Both the position numbers and the translations under genes were made by a program. Positions 35,095-43,130 of a DNA stretch of 43,156 nt are shown piece after piece. This stretch comes from a virus (Duplodnaviria > Caudoviricetes): IMG/VR virus record IMGVR_UViG_3300024309_000003, positions 1 through 43,156 of that record; one strand, 5' to 3'. The notes beneath the pieces are model-generated. The model was given only the letters and a program-made list of their open reading frames with translations. It was not told the DNA's origin and ran no database searches. Position 1 is the stretch's first letter, and each line of letters starts with the position of its first letter.

Positions 35095-35894
35095 GCAACA
35101 TCACGGTCTTTTCCCCGAACCTTGTCGGATCGGGCGGCTGCAACGGCCCACGCGGGACGTATGCGCGCATCGGCTGGCACACGGTCACGCGCACGGCCGC
35201 GCTGACGGTCAGCAGTGAACGCGCCGGATTCCCTGGAGAGTCGCTGCGCAACCCGACGACTTATGATCGATGGTCGCCCGTGGATACTCCGGCCTGGGCT
35301 CAGTTCGACACTGGCCGCCAGACCGATATCGACTACGTGGGTATCGCCAGCCACAATCTGCGCGGCATTGAAATCGCAGTCCAGCACAGCCAGGACGCCG
35401 AAACCTGGGCCGATGCCATCGTGCTGACGCCCTCGCGCAATGACGCGCTGCTGGCCTGGTTTGAGCCGGTGACGGCCCGCTACTGGCGGATCCGGATTGC
35501 CAGCGGTGCCAATCCCTACATCGGCGTCGTCTACTTGGGCCAGATCCTGGTGATGCCGCGCTCGATCACCGGCGGCCACACGCCGGGCGTGCTGGCGCGC
35601 AAGACCGACATCCTGCCCAGCAAATCGGACAGCGGCCAGTTCCTGGGGCGCTCTGTCATCCGCCAGGGCTACGCCACAACCTACCGATGGGACAACCTGC
35701 CCGCGCAGTGGTATCGCGACGAGTTCGATCCGTTCGTGGCGGCAGCCGTGAAATACCCGTTTTTCCTGGCTGAGAATCCGCGGCGATGGCCAGACGAGGT
35801 GCTGTACGCCTGGACCACGAAAGACGTGAAGCCACGATATGGCCGCGCGCGCGACTGGATGGAAGTTGATCTTCCTGTGGAGGCCCTGGCATGA
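35091..35894 (+). CDS. Distal tail / tail tip protein
   Basis: ATGA-coupled to TMP; beta-sandwich-like ARYWRIRI. Confidence 0.65.
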   Translation: MSNITVFSPNLVGSGGCNGPRGTYARIGWHTVTRTAALTVSSERAGFPGESLRNPTTYDRWSPVDTPAWAQFDTGRQTDIDYVGIASHNLRGIEIAVQHSQDAETWADAIVLTPSRNDALLAWFEPVTARYWRIRIASGANPYIGVVYLGQILVMPRSITGGHTPGVLARKTDILPSKSDSGQFLGRSVIRQGYATTYRWDNLPAQWYRDEFDPFVAAAVKYPFFLAENPRRWPDEVLYAWTTKDVKPRYGRARDWMEVDLPVEALA

Positions 35895-37672
35895 GCCCGG
35901 AAAAGGAAGTGGGCCGCGAATTGCGGACCATCGTTGAGATCGAGCAGGATTTCTGCCAACTCGCCTACGGCGTGGCGCCGTGCGCAGCCGCCCTGGGCGT
36001 GACGGGCGACAGAAAGTGCTTCAACACTCTGGCCACCTGCCAGGACCCGGAGCACTACACGCCGGGCAAGCTCGTCGTGCGGTTCTGCAAGCCGACCCAG
36101 ACGCTGCCGAGCGTGCCGGCAATCCCGCTGGTCGTGGACGTCACTACGGCACCCACGGAGATCAACCCAGGTGGTGCTGGTGGCAACTCCGGGGCACTGG
36201 GTAAGCGCGCGCGGGTGACCGTGACTTTCCAGGACGCCCCGCACTCGGACATCGGCGTGGATCCCTACGTCGCCGAGCGCGGATACGACGCTATGGAGCG
36301 CGGCACGTTCTGGTCGAAGTGGCTGGCCAGGAATCCCTACTATAACGGCCGCGTGCTGCGCATCCGAGAGGGCTACGTCGGCCAGGATCTGGGCGACATG
36401 ATCACCCGGACATACCTGATCGACAAGATCGATGGCCCCGACACAAAGGGCCGCGTGAAAGTCACGGCGCTCGACATCCTGGCGCTGGCTGATAACGATA
36501 AGGCCCAGGCGCCAGCGGCGTCCACAGGCGAGTTGGTTGCCGAGATCGCCGACATTCCCGCCGGCACGCCCGATCCGGTGACGCTGGCCGAGATCGAGAT
36601 TGCCGGGGCCGCAGCCGCTGATTACCCGGCGCCCGGCACAGTGCGCATCAACGACGAACTGATGACATACACCGGCGTCACCGTCTCGGGCGAAACCATC
36701 AAGCTGACCGGCGTCACGCGGCGCACGGATGGCTCGGAGGCTCAATCGCACAGCGAGGGCGACCGCGTGCAGCTGTGCCTGCGCTACGAAAACGTGCGCG
36801 TCGACGCTCTGACGCGTGAATGGCTGGTGGACTACGGCGGCGTGCCGGCCGGTTTTATCCCCTGGTCTGACTGGCAGGCCGAGGCTGATGTTTGGCTGGC
36901 TCAATTCGATTTGACGGGCCTCATCACCGAGCCAACCGGTGTACAGGATCTGCTGGCCGAGATCACCGAGCAGTGCCTGTTTTATGTCTGGTGGGATGAG
37001 CGTGCGCAGCTGATCAGGTTGGCCGCGATCCGACCGCCAGAATCCGACGTACCGCTGCTGGCGGGGGAGGCCAACATCCTGGCCGATAGCGCCGAGCTGT
37101 CCCAGGATCCTGGCGGCCGCTGGTCACAGGTTTGGGTCTACTGGGGCCAGCGTGACCCCACCGAGAAGCTGGACAAGGACTCCAACTACCGGCATTTGCG
37201 CGTGCGCGCCGACGTGGAAGCGGAGTCCGCAAACCAGTACGGCGAGCAGCGCATCAAGAAGATCTTCTCGCGCTGGCTGCACAGCGAAGCTCAGGCGATC
37301 AACGTCACCACGCGCCTGCTCAATCGCTACCGCGACAACCCGCAGTACATGACTCTGGACCTGGATGCGAAGGACCGCGAGCACTGGACCGGGGACGTCG
37401 TGGATGTCGAGCACCGGTCCGTGGTGGACGATACCGGCCTGCCTGTGCGCGTGCGCTGGCAGATCGTCTCGGCCGAGGAAAAGGAGCCCGGTCATTCGGT
37501 CACCTACAAGCTGTTTGCCTACGAGTTCAAAATCAGCGGCCGGCCTGGATACTGGATGCCGATCGATGCGCCGGACTATGCGGACGCAACCGAAGAGGAG
37601 AAAGAGGCTGGAGCATGGTGGGCCGATGAAAACGGCCTGATTGGGGATGACAAAGGGTTTGCGTGGATTTGA
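35891..37672 (+). CDS. Tail hub / baseplate-tip protein
   Basis: 593 aa, Cys cluster C...C...KCFNT..TC, position. Confidence 0.7.
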   Translation: MSPEKEVGRELRTIVEIEQDFCQLAYGVAPCAAALGVTGDRKCFNTLATCQDPEHYTPGKLVVRFCKPTQTLPSVPAIPLVVDVTTAPTEINPGGAGGNSGALGKRARVTVTFQDAPHSDIGVDPYVAERGYDAMERGTFWSKWLARNPYYNGRVLRIREGYVGQDLGDMITRTYLIDKIDGPDTKGRVKVTALDILALADNDKAQAPAASTGELVAEIADIPAGTPDPVTLAEIEIAGAAAADYPAPGTVRINDELMTYTGVTVSGETIKLTGVTRRTDGSEAQSHSEGDRVQLCLRYENVRVDALTREWLVDYGGVPAGFIPWSDWQAEADVWLAQFDLTGLITEPTGVQDLLAEITEQCLFYVWWDERAQLIRLAAIRPPESDVPLLAGEANILADSAELSQDPGGRWSQVWVYWGQRDPTEKLDKDSNYRHLRVRADVEAESANQYGEQRIKKIFSRWLHSEAQAINVTTRLLNRYRDNPQYMTLDLDAKDREHWTGDVVDVEHRSVVDDTGLPVRVRWQIVSAEEKEPGHSVTYKLFAYEFKISGRPGYWMPIDAPDYADATEEEKEAGAWWADENGLIGDDKGFAWI

Positions 37673-37683
37673 TGGAGCGGTAA

Positions 37684-38220
37684 ATGGCGACGTGGACTGA
37701 AGTAGATGACACCAGGCTTGAGCCCGGAAAGCCGGCCCGATCGGTGGACGGACTGGCGCTACGGGACAACCCGATTGCGATCGCGGAGGGGGCTGCTGGG
37801 GCACCTCGAGTGTCACAACTCGCATGTCCTGAGCCGCAGGCGGGAGAAGTCTATCTGATCTCATCGTGCCCCATGGCGATTTCCGCCGGGCCTGCCGGCA
37901 GCTCTGTGATCAACATGTGGCAAGGTTTTGTGATGCCCGCCGATGGCGTGGTCCGGGTTTCATTCACACAGGAATCGCAGAAGCTGGCTGCAGCTGGATC
38001 TTTGGTCTGCACGACGCGCGTCATCAAGAACGGGGCGGTCATCCAGTCGTGGGCACGATCAGCGCCGACTGGATCCGGCAGTTATTACGATGACAGGGTG
38101 CTGGATGTATCTGTGGCCGCCGGTGACAGGATCTACGCGGACGCCTTCGGCAACACTGGCGCTCAGTGCTACATCCGGAATTTCAAAATTACGAGCGAGA
38201 CACCGACATGGATGAATTGA
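37684..38220 (+). CDS. Short tail fibre / receptor-binding protein
   Basis: ALRDNPIAIAEGAAGAPR N-terminal anchor, beta-rich C-terminus. Confidence 0.6.
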   Translation: MATWTEVDDTRLEPGKPARSVDGLALRDNPIAIAEGAAGAPRVSQLACPEPQAGEVYLISSCPMAISAGPAGSSVINMWQGFVMPADGVVRVSFTQESQKLAAAGSLVCTTRVIKNGAVIQSWARSAPTGSGSYYDDRVLDVSVAAGDRIYADAFGNTGAQCYIRNFKITSETPTWMN

Positions 38221-38498
38221 GCAACCCGCGCTACGCGAACGCATTTGGCGGCGTCGTAGTTGATCAGCCTAGCGGCGTGCCTCTGTATATCGATTCTGGC
38301 GATCTATATCGGCGCATCGTGGCTGGAGATTTTGGTGTTGTCGCGCCATACATTGAATCGGGCGATACGCCCGAGAATCGGCAGCTCGCGCAGCCAGTTG
38401 ACGGCGCCCGGCTGCGCGCGGTACTGCGCGCTGCGGGTATGGCGAACGAGCAGATTGATGCGCTGTTTGCGGCCGCCGCCTCTGTGGAGATTGTGTAA
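38208..38498 (+). CDS. Putative fibre chaperone
   Basis: GDFGVVAPY and EQIDALFAAAA motifs; follows the fibre gene. Confidence 0.5.
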   Translation: MDELSNPRYANAFGGVVVDQPSGVPLYIDSGDLYRRIVAGDFGVVAPYIESGDTPENRQLAQPVDGARLRAVLRAAGMANEQIDALFAAAASVEIV

Positions 38499-39616
38499 TG
38501 CTGAATCGTTGGCAAAAAACAGTTGTCGATCGGCAGGGCAATGTGGTGCCGTGGGCCGCACTCATGATCCGCAGGGAAGCCAACCAGATGCCGGCCACAA
38601 TCTACCGCGACAGCGAAGGCACGGACCCTTATCCGTCCGGACAGATCACGGCCGATGGCGATGGCTTCGCGTTCTTCTACGCGGCGCCGGGGCTGTATCG
38701 GATCACCGGGCAGACCCCGGCTATTGACTGGCGCGATGTCGGCATCGGCGCACCGTTCGACCCGAATGCCCTGGGCACGGCCGCCGCGGCGGATCTGATC
38801 GAGAGCCGGTACGACGCGACACCCGGGCGCGTGGTCACGGCTGGCGGGTTTGGCATTGGCGTGCCGGACGACGGCGCTTTGGAGGCCCTGGACGTCGACC
38901 TCGATACCGTGCTTATCAGCGGCGACTATTACTGCGCCGACACCTGCGACAACCTGCCCGGCGACTTGCCGGGTTTTCTTTCCGTGCGGGCTGGCGACGA
39001 TCCGAGTCGAAAATTGCAGCGGTTTGTCGAGGACGATGCGGGAGGGAGGGAGTATTGGCGTATTTTTGACGGAACACCAGGCGCCGAATGGACAAGATCG
39101 TTCGCCGGAATCCCCGGCGCCACCTTCGCGGAAGTCGGCGCCATGGCCGAGGACCGGGGCCCGATTATCGTCACCGATCACGGCGGCGCCGTCTATGCCT
39201 GGAATGGCAGCGTTTATGCGCCGCTGATCGCGGACGAGACGTATGCCGGCTCGATGAAGCGCGCAACCACCGCCCTGGCGGAGGCGTTAGCAGATGAAGA
39301 AACTGTGATTACGCCAAAAACGCTTGGCGATGTCATGAACGCGTATGCCCTGGGCATGGGGCAGACTTGGCAGGATGTGACGGCAAGTCGAGCGGGAGGA
39401 GTTATTTATACAAACACCACCGGACGGCCAATTGCTGTCGCGATCTCAACCAGCAATGGCGCTGCTGTTAACTTTCTTAAAGTCAATGGGGTTGAGGTAT
39501 CCATTTCGGTGGGCAATGGCGCAAATCCATTTAGTACCGCACTGGCAATCGTTCCCCCGGATGGAACGTATGAGTTTTCCCCGACCTCGATTTATAAATG
39601 GGCGGAGCTTCGATAA
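38498..39616 (+). CDS. Side tail fibre protein
   Basis: LGTAA..D......TPGRV...GGFGIG, ITPKTL, GMGQTWQDVTASR...YTNTTGRPI...VPP..Y...WAELR. Confidence 0.85.
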   Translation: MLNRWQKTVVDRQGNVVPWAALMIRREANQMPATIYRDSEGTDPYPSGQITADGDGFAFFYAAPGLYRITGQTPAIDWRDVGIGAPFDPNALGTAAAADLIESRYDATPGRVVTAGGFGIGVPDDGALEALDVDLDTVLISGDYYCADTCDNLPGDLPGFLSVRAGDDPSRKLQRFVEDDAGGREYWRIFDGTPGAEWTRSFAGIPGATFAEVGAMAEDRGPIIVTDHGGAVYAWNGSVYAPLIADETYAGSMKRATTALAEALADEETVITPKTLGDVMNAYALGMGQTWQDVTASRAGGVIYTNTTGRPIAVAISTSNGAAVNFLKVNGVEVSISVGNGANPFSTALAIVPPDGTYEFSPTSIYKWAELR

Positions 39617-40011
39617 TGAAATACTACAAATCCGCCTCCGGTGATGTCTACGCCTATGAATCCGACGGCTCTCAGGACGCCTGGATCAAGCCCGATCTAG
39701 TACCGATGACCCAGGCTGAAATCGACGCGCACCTTAATCCGCTCACGCCTGAACCTCCCAGCTACCCGCAATTCACGGCGCTCGAAATGCTGGATCTGTT
39801 TACCGAGGCCGAGCAACTGGCTGTGGTCGAGGCCACGATGTCGGTGCCAGCCGTCAAGCTCTGGTATGACCGTCTCATCGCCGCCATGTTCGTGACCTAC
39901 GAGGATCCCCGCGTAGAGGCCGGACTTCAGGCGCTGCTCGATGCCGATCTCCTGACGCCGGAGCGAAAAGCGGAGATCGTCGCGGCGATGCAACCGCCTG
40001 CAGCAGACTGA
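39616..40011 (+). CDS. Tail fibre assembly chaperone
   Basis: MKYYK...VYAYESDGSQDAWIK..LV.MT.AEIDAHLNP. Confidence 0.75.
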   Translation: MKYYKSASGDVYAYESDGSQDAWIKPDLVPMTQAEIDAHLNPLTPEPPSYPQFTALEMLDLFTEAEQLAVVEATMSVPAVKLWYDRLIAAMFVTYEDPRVEAGLQALLDADLLTPERKAEIVAAMQPPAAD

Positions 40012-40062
40012 CCGGCCTCGCGCCGGTTTTTCGTTTTTGACCCGCCCTGCGCGGGTTTTTTT
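40011..40062 (+). terminator. Tandem intrinsic terminators before the lysis cassette
   Basis: ACCGGC-ctcgc-GCCGGT-TTTT and ACCCGC-cctgc-GCGGGT-TTTTTT. Confidence 0.75.
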
Positions 40063-40083
40063 CGTCCAAAGGAACGACACGAC

Positions 40084-40425
40084 ATGCAACCACCGGAAAA
40101 CATCGATGCGCGGGTCTGGGCGTGGCTGATCGGGGCGGCCGGCGCGGTCATCTCGATGCAGTTTATCCGGGGCCTGACATGGCCGCAGAAGCTCGTCATG
40201 GCGGTGTCAGGCACGGTCATGTCCGTGGTACTGACTCAGCCGGTTGTCGAGTTCGTGGGCATGCCGGCGGGCTGGGCTGACGGCGTGGCGTTTCTCGTCG
40301 GGCTGTTTGGATGGTCGGCCGTGGGGTCGATCATCGCGGCGATCCGCAAGGCCGACTGGTGGGGGTTGATCCAGGACCTGGCGCGCCGGCTGATCGACCG
40401 GCTGCCAGGCCGGGGAGGGCAGTGA
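40084..40425 (+). CDS. Holin (putative)
   Basis: Three hydrophobic segments, GAAGAVIS...AFLVGLFG, upstream of endolysin. Confidence 0.75.
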   Translation: MQPPENIDARVWAWLIGAAGAVISMQFIRGLTWPQKLVMAVSGTVMSVVLTQPVVEFVGMPAGWADGVAFLVGLFGWSAVGSIIAAIRKADWWGLIQDLARRLIDRLPGRGGQ

Positions 40426-40426
40426 C

Positions 40427-40720
40427 ATGTGGACATGGATCTATGTGGCCGCGCATCTGCTGATTGCGCTGGCCTGCACCTGGGCGGTGCTCTCGCCGCG
40501 CATCAATGACGGGCTATTTGGCAAGTTTGCGCTCCTGCTGCTGTGCTTTGCCTCGCTGGCGTGCGCCGGCTGGGCGCTGCGCTGGCCAGTGAGCGTGGAT
40601 CGATCGGAGGCCCTGTTTGCCGCGGCCATCGCCTGCATGGCGTTGCGGTGCTACTGGCTCAAGACGTGGGCGCCGGGCCTGCGCCGGCACATCAAACGGA
40701 GGATTCGCAAATGCAACTGA
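40427..40720 (+). CDS. Second lysis membrane protein (holin/antiholin-like)
   Basis: Three TM segments, basic C-terminus, overlaps endolysin start. Confidence 0.6.
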   Translation: MWTWIYVAAHLLIALACTWAVLSPRINDGLFGKFALLLLCFASLACAGWALRWPVSVDRSEALFAAAIACMALRCYWLKTWAPGLRRHIKRRIRKCN

Positions 40721-41157
40721 CTGAGCATTTCGCGCTGGCCGAGCTCATTCGGTCGGACACGGCCACGCGCCTGGGCATCGACAACACGCCCACACCCCAC
40801 CACCTGGCCAGCCTGCATGTGCTGGCGGCGCACCTGGAGAGCGTCCGCGCCCTGCTGGGGCACCCGATCATCATCACGTCCGGATATCGGTCGCCGGCGC
40901 TCAATCGCGCTGTGGATGGGTCGGCAACGTCGTCGCATTGCGAGGGCCTGGCCGCCGATTTCCACGTCCCCGGGTTCGGCCCGGACCAAGCCGTGGCGCA
41001 GGCCATCGCGGATTCGGCCCTGGAGTTCGACCAGTTGATATTCGAGCAGGCGCGCACACACTGGGTCCACCTGGGGGCAGGGGAGCGCATGCGCCGCGAG
41101 GTGCTGTCCTGGCGATCGGGCCGGGGGTATCAGCGCGGCATCGTGAGGATCGAATGA
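40711..41157 (+). CDS. Endolysin, peptidase M15 family
   Basis: LTEHF.LAEL, ITSGYRSPALN, SSHCEGLAAD, FDQLIFE, WVH. Confidence 0.92.
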   Translation: MQLTEHFALAELIRSDTATRLGIDNTPTPHHLASLHVLAAHLESVRALLGHPIIITSGYRSPALNRAVDGSATSSHCEGLAADFHVPGFGPDQAVAQAIADSALEFDQLIFEQARTHWVHLGAGERMRREVLSWRSGRGYQRGIVRIE

Positions 41158-41657
41158 TCGCCGCTGCACTCAAGGCCCTGGCCGGCTGGCGGGGCTACGC
41201 GGCGGCGGCTGTGGTGGGCGGGTTGATTCTGGGCGCCGTCGGCGTGACTGTGACGCGCTGGTACTACAGGGCAGAGATCGCCGGCATGGAGCGTGACCAG
41301 GCCCAGCAAATAGCAGACGCCCAGGCGCTGGCCAGGGCAACAGAACAGCGCCGTTGGGCGGCGCGAGAGGGAGTTATCAATGATGCCAAAGAACAGGCCG
41401 CCGCAGCGGCCGCTGATGCTGATCGTGCCCGCGCTGCTTCTGAGCGCCTGCGCCAGCAAGTCGCCCGTCTCCGTGCGGGCTCCGGAGATTCCGCCGCTGC
41501 CGGCCGAGGCCAGGGTCAGTCAGGTGCCGACACCCTCGATCTGCTCATCCGGCTGCTCAGCGGGCTGGACGACGCTGGTCGAGACGTCAGCCGATACGCT
41601 GACCGACTCCGAATAGCGGGGCTGGCGTGCGAGCGGGCCTACGAGTCGCTGCGGTGA
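41154..41657 (+). CDS. Inner-membrane spanin (Rz-like, DUF2514-like)
   Basis: N-terminal TM, coiled coil, YADRLRIAGLACERAY. Confidence 0.85.
   Translation: MIAAALKALAGWRGYAAAAVVGGLILGAVGVTVTRWYYRAEIAGMERDQAQQIADAQALARATEQRRWAAREGVINDAKEQAAAAAADADRARAASERLRQQVARLRAGSGDSAAAGRGQGQSGADTLDLLIRLLSGLDDAGRDVSRYADRLRIAGLACERAYESLR
41380..41616 (+). CDS. Embedded outer-membrane spanin lipoprotein (Rz1-like)
   Basis: Alternative frame inside Rz; lipobox LLLSAC; Pro-rich; GAGGGAG SD. Confidence 0.8.
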   Translation: MMPKNRPPQRPLMLIVPALLLSACASKSPVSVRAPEIPPLPAEARVSQVPTPSICSSGCSAGWTTLVETSADTLTDSE

Positions 41658-41669
41658 TCTTGACGCGGT

Positions 41670-41753
41670 AAAAAATAGCCGCCTGCAGGCGGCGGCCATA
41701 TTTTCCCCGAACAATGAACTCAGAGTTTCAATCCACGCGTCGAAGCGCGAAAC
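41670..41753 (-). ncRNA. Solitary type I-C CRISPR-like repeat plus spacer-like segment plus terminator (crRNA-like RNA / Racr candidate)
   Basis: GTTTCGCGCTTCGACGCGTGGATTGAAAC (41753..41725), 25-31 unique nt, then GCCGCC-tgca-GGCGGC-TATTTTTT. Confidence 0.7.
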
Positions 41754-41756
41754 CAA

Positions 41757-41785
41757 AGCATAAAATCATTGCGCACTCGGTGCAA
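41757..41785 (-). promoter_or_regulatory. Sigma70 promoter of the repeat RNA
   Basis: TTGCAC-17-TATGCT, predicted start about 41751, at the repeat hairpin. Confidence 0.6.
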
Positions 41786-42113
41786 GAGTGGCGATGACTT
41801 GGGCGGCGATCGTGCGCCGCCAGTCCTCTTCCGTGCCCGGATACCATGCGGGCGTGCGCACCGCGTGGTAATCGTTGGTCCAGGTCGGAGGCTCGCGCTG
41901 GATGTCGGCCTCCATTCGGCCGGTGGGGCTTTGGTAGACGACCGCGTACCAGGTTGAGGTCTCTGTCGCGCCGTTTGTCAGATCGATAGCCATGGTGCTC
42001 TCCACTTTATTGGTGATCCAGTCGGTAAGCCGCATGCCCGCGGCCCGGCTCTCGCGCACCCAGCGCGCCTTGGTGGCGGCCGGGACGCGCAGATGAATGA
42101 GGGCGTCTGTCAT
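41766..42113 (-). CDS. RHH-domain fusion protein, 115 aa; anti-CRISPR candidate
   Basis: IHLRVPAATKARWVRESRAAGMRLTDWI ribbon-helix-helix; ATGA-coupled; internal GGAG-ATG at 41993. Confidence 0.6.
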   Translation of the reverse strand: MTDALIHLRVPAATKARWVRESRAAGMRLTDWITNKVESTMAIDLTNGATETSTWYAVVYQSPTGRMEADIQREPPTWTNDYHAVRTPAWYPGTEEDWRRTIAAQVIATLAPSAQ

Positions 42114-42523
42114 ACGCCGTCCTGCAGGCGCATGCGTGCTTGCAGCTCGTCGTACTTGCGCTGAGCGGCGTGACCAGCCTTGATGCTGGCCTGGTACTCG
42201 ACCCACTCGGGATGTGCTTCGATCCTGGCGCGAGCGGCCATGATCTCGTCGTAGCGGTCTTGCATGAGGCCCAGGCGCCAGATCGCACCAGCCGCACCGG
42301 CGGGGGCCTGGGCCTTTTCGGCGGCGGTCAGCGGGCGGATGGAAACATCACGGTGGATCTCGTCGCCGTAGGTGAGGTCGATGTCGATATGGCGGCGGCC
42401 GGTGTCGCCGCTGACGTTGGATTCGACGTCCTGGAAGTGTTCGGCCGACAGTGTGAACTCGACCTTGACGGTCTTGCCGTTGTCGATCCAGGTGACGGTT
42501 TCGGTGGAGATGGTCTGGTACAT
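42110..42523 (-). CDS. Hypothetical protein, 137 aa; anti-CRISPR candidate
   Basis: AGGA SD; first gene under the operator-containing promoter next to an Aca4-like gene. Confidence 0.6.
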   Translation of the reverse strand: MYQTISTETVTWIDNGKTVKVEFTLSAEHFQDVESNVSGDTGRRHIDIDLTYGDEIHRDVSIRPLTAAEKAQAPAGAAGAIWRLGLMQDRYDEIMAARARIEAHPEWVEYQASIKAGHAAQRKYDELQARMRLQDGV

Positions 42524-42592
42524 GACGTTGATCCTATCAGGATGCCTGGTGCCGCCAGGGCGGGGTGTCGTGATCTCGATCACCATGACTAC

Positions 42593-42622
42593 ATAATACT
42601 ATCGTTTAGACGATAGTGTCAA
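42593..42622 (-). promoter_or_regulatory. Strong promoter with inverted-repeat operator
   Basis: TTGACA-18-TATTAT; ACTATCGT-ttag-ACGATAGT (42598..42617) fills the spacer. Confidence 0.8.
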
Positions 42623-42630
42623 ATAGGTAT

Positions 42631-42840
42631 TTACCCTATCTCATAGGCCTGTTTGATCCGTGCGTCAGCGTCCCGCAGCTGCACAACCGCCCGGGCGACA
42701 TTGCTCGTTGGACAGCCGGTTTCCCGGGCCGCGTCGGCCTGCTGCTCGCCAGCCACCAGCACCAGCCTGGCGGCGGTCAAGATCGGTTTGCTGTGCATCC
42801 GCAGGAGCGAGGCGAGGGCGTCGAATTGTGCGTCGGTCAT
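42631..42840 (-). CDS. aca4: TrfB/KorA-like HTH repressor, Aca4-like
   Basis: MT..QF.ALA.L.R...AARLVLV.G...DAAR.TG pattern matches Aca4 as I recall it; extended -10 TGaTAGCAT 6 nt before ATG suggests a leaderless mRNA. Confidence 0.7.
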   Translation of the reverse strand: MTDAQFDALASLLRMHSKPILTAARLVLVAGEQQADAARETGCPTSNVARAVVQLRDADARIKQAYEIG

Positions 42841-42877
42841 GGCGATATGCTATCAGGTAAACGATTGCGGTGGGCGC

Positions 42878-42902
42878 AAAAAAGCCCGCGCTGTGGCGGG
42901 CT
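42878..42902 (-). terminator. Intrinsic terminator upstream of the aca4-like gene
   Basis: AGCCCGC-cacagc-GCGGGCT-TTTTT. Confidence 0.7.
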
Positions 42903-42904
42903 GA

Positions 42905-42925
42905 TGTGTGACCAATGCGTGACCC
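42905..42925. repeat. Direct repeat TGyGTGACC, likely integrase arm-type sites
   Basis: tgtgtgacca / tgcgtgaccc about 105 bp from the att core. Confidence 0.5.
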
Positions 42926-42932
42926 AAGCAGA

Positions 42933-42961
42933 TTGAAATCTGTATGAATTCACAGTATTAT
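42933..42961 (+). promoter_or_regulatory. Outward-facing promoter with LexA box
   Basis: TTGAAA-17-TATTAT; CTGTatgaattcACAG at 42940..42955. Confidence 0.7.
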
Positions 42962-43029
42962 AAAAACAGGATAGCGCCGTATGGCGTTGATAAATAAAGA
43001 TTTTATTTCCGTGAATTGCTAGGGCGTGA

Positions 43030-43093
<64 letters not shown>

Positions 43094-43130
43094 ATCCCCT
43101 GTAAGTCATCGATTACAGGGGATTTTCTTT
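43094..43130 (+). terminator. Host tRNA terminator
   Basis: ATCCCCTGTAA...TTACAGGGGAT-TTTCTTT. Confidence 0.8.

Noticed and set aside
35109-35120. 12-nt match (TTTTCCCCGAAC) between the repeat-RNA spacer and the distal tail gene
   Set aside because: Short, outside the handle-proximal seed, and plausible by chance; not evidence of self-targeting
37684-40011. Diversity-generating retroelement or invertible fibre cassette
   Set aside because: No reverse transcriptase, invertase, template/variable repeat pair or flanking inverted sites seen
41520-41756. 78-aa minus-strand ORF MVSRFDAWIET...
   Set aside because: AWIET is the typical translation of a I-C repeat; the frame crosses a terminator and is antisense to the spanins
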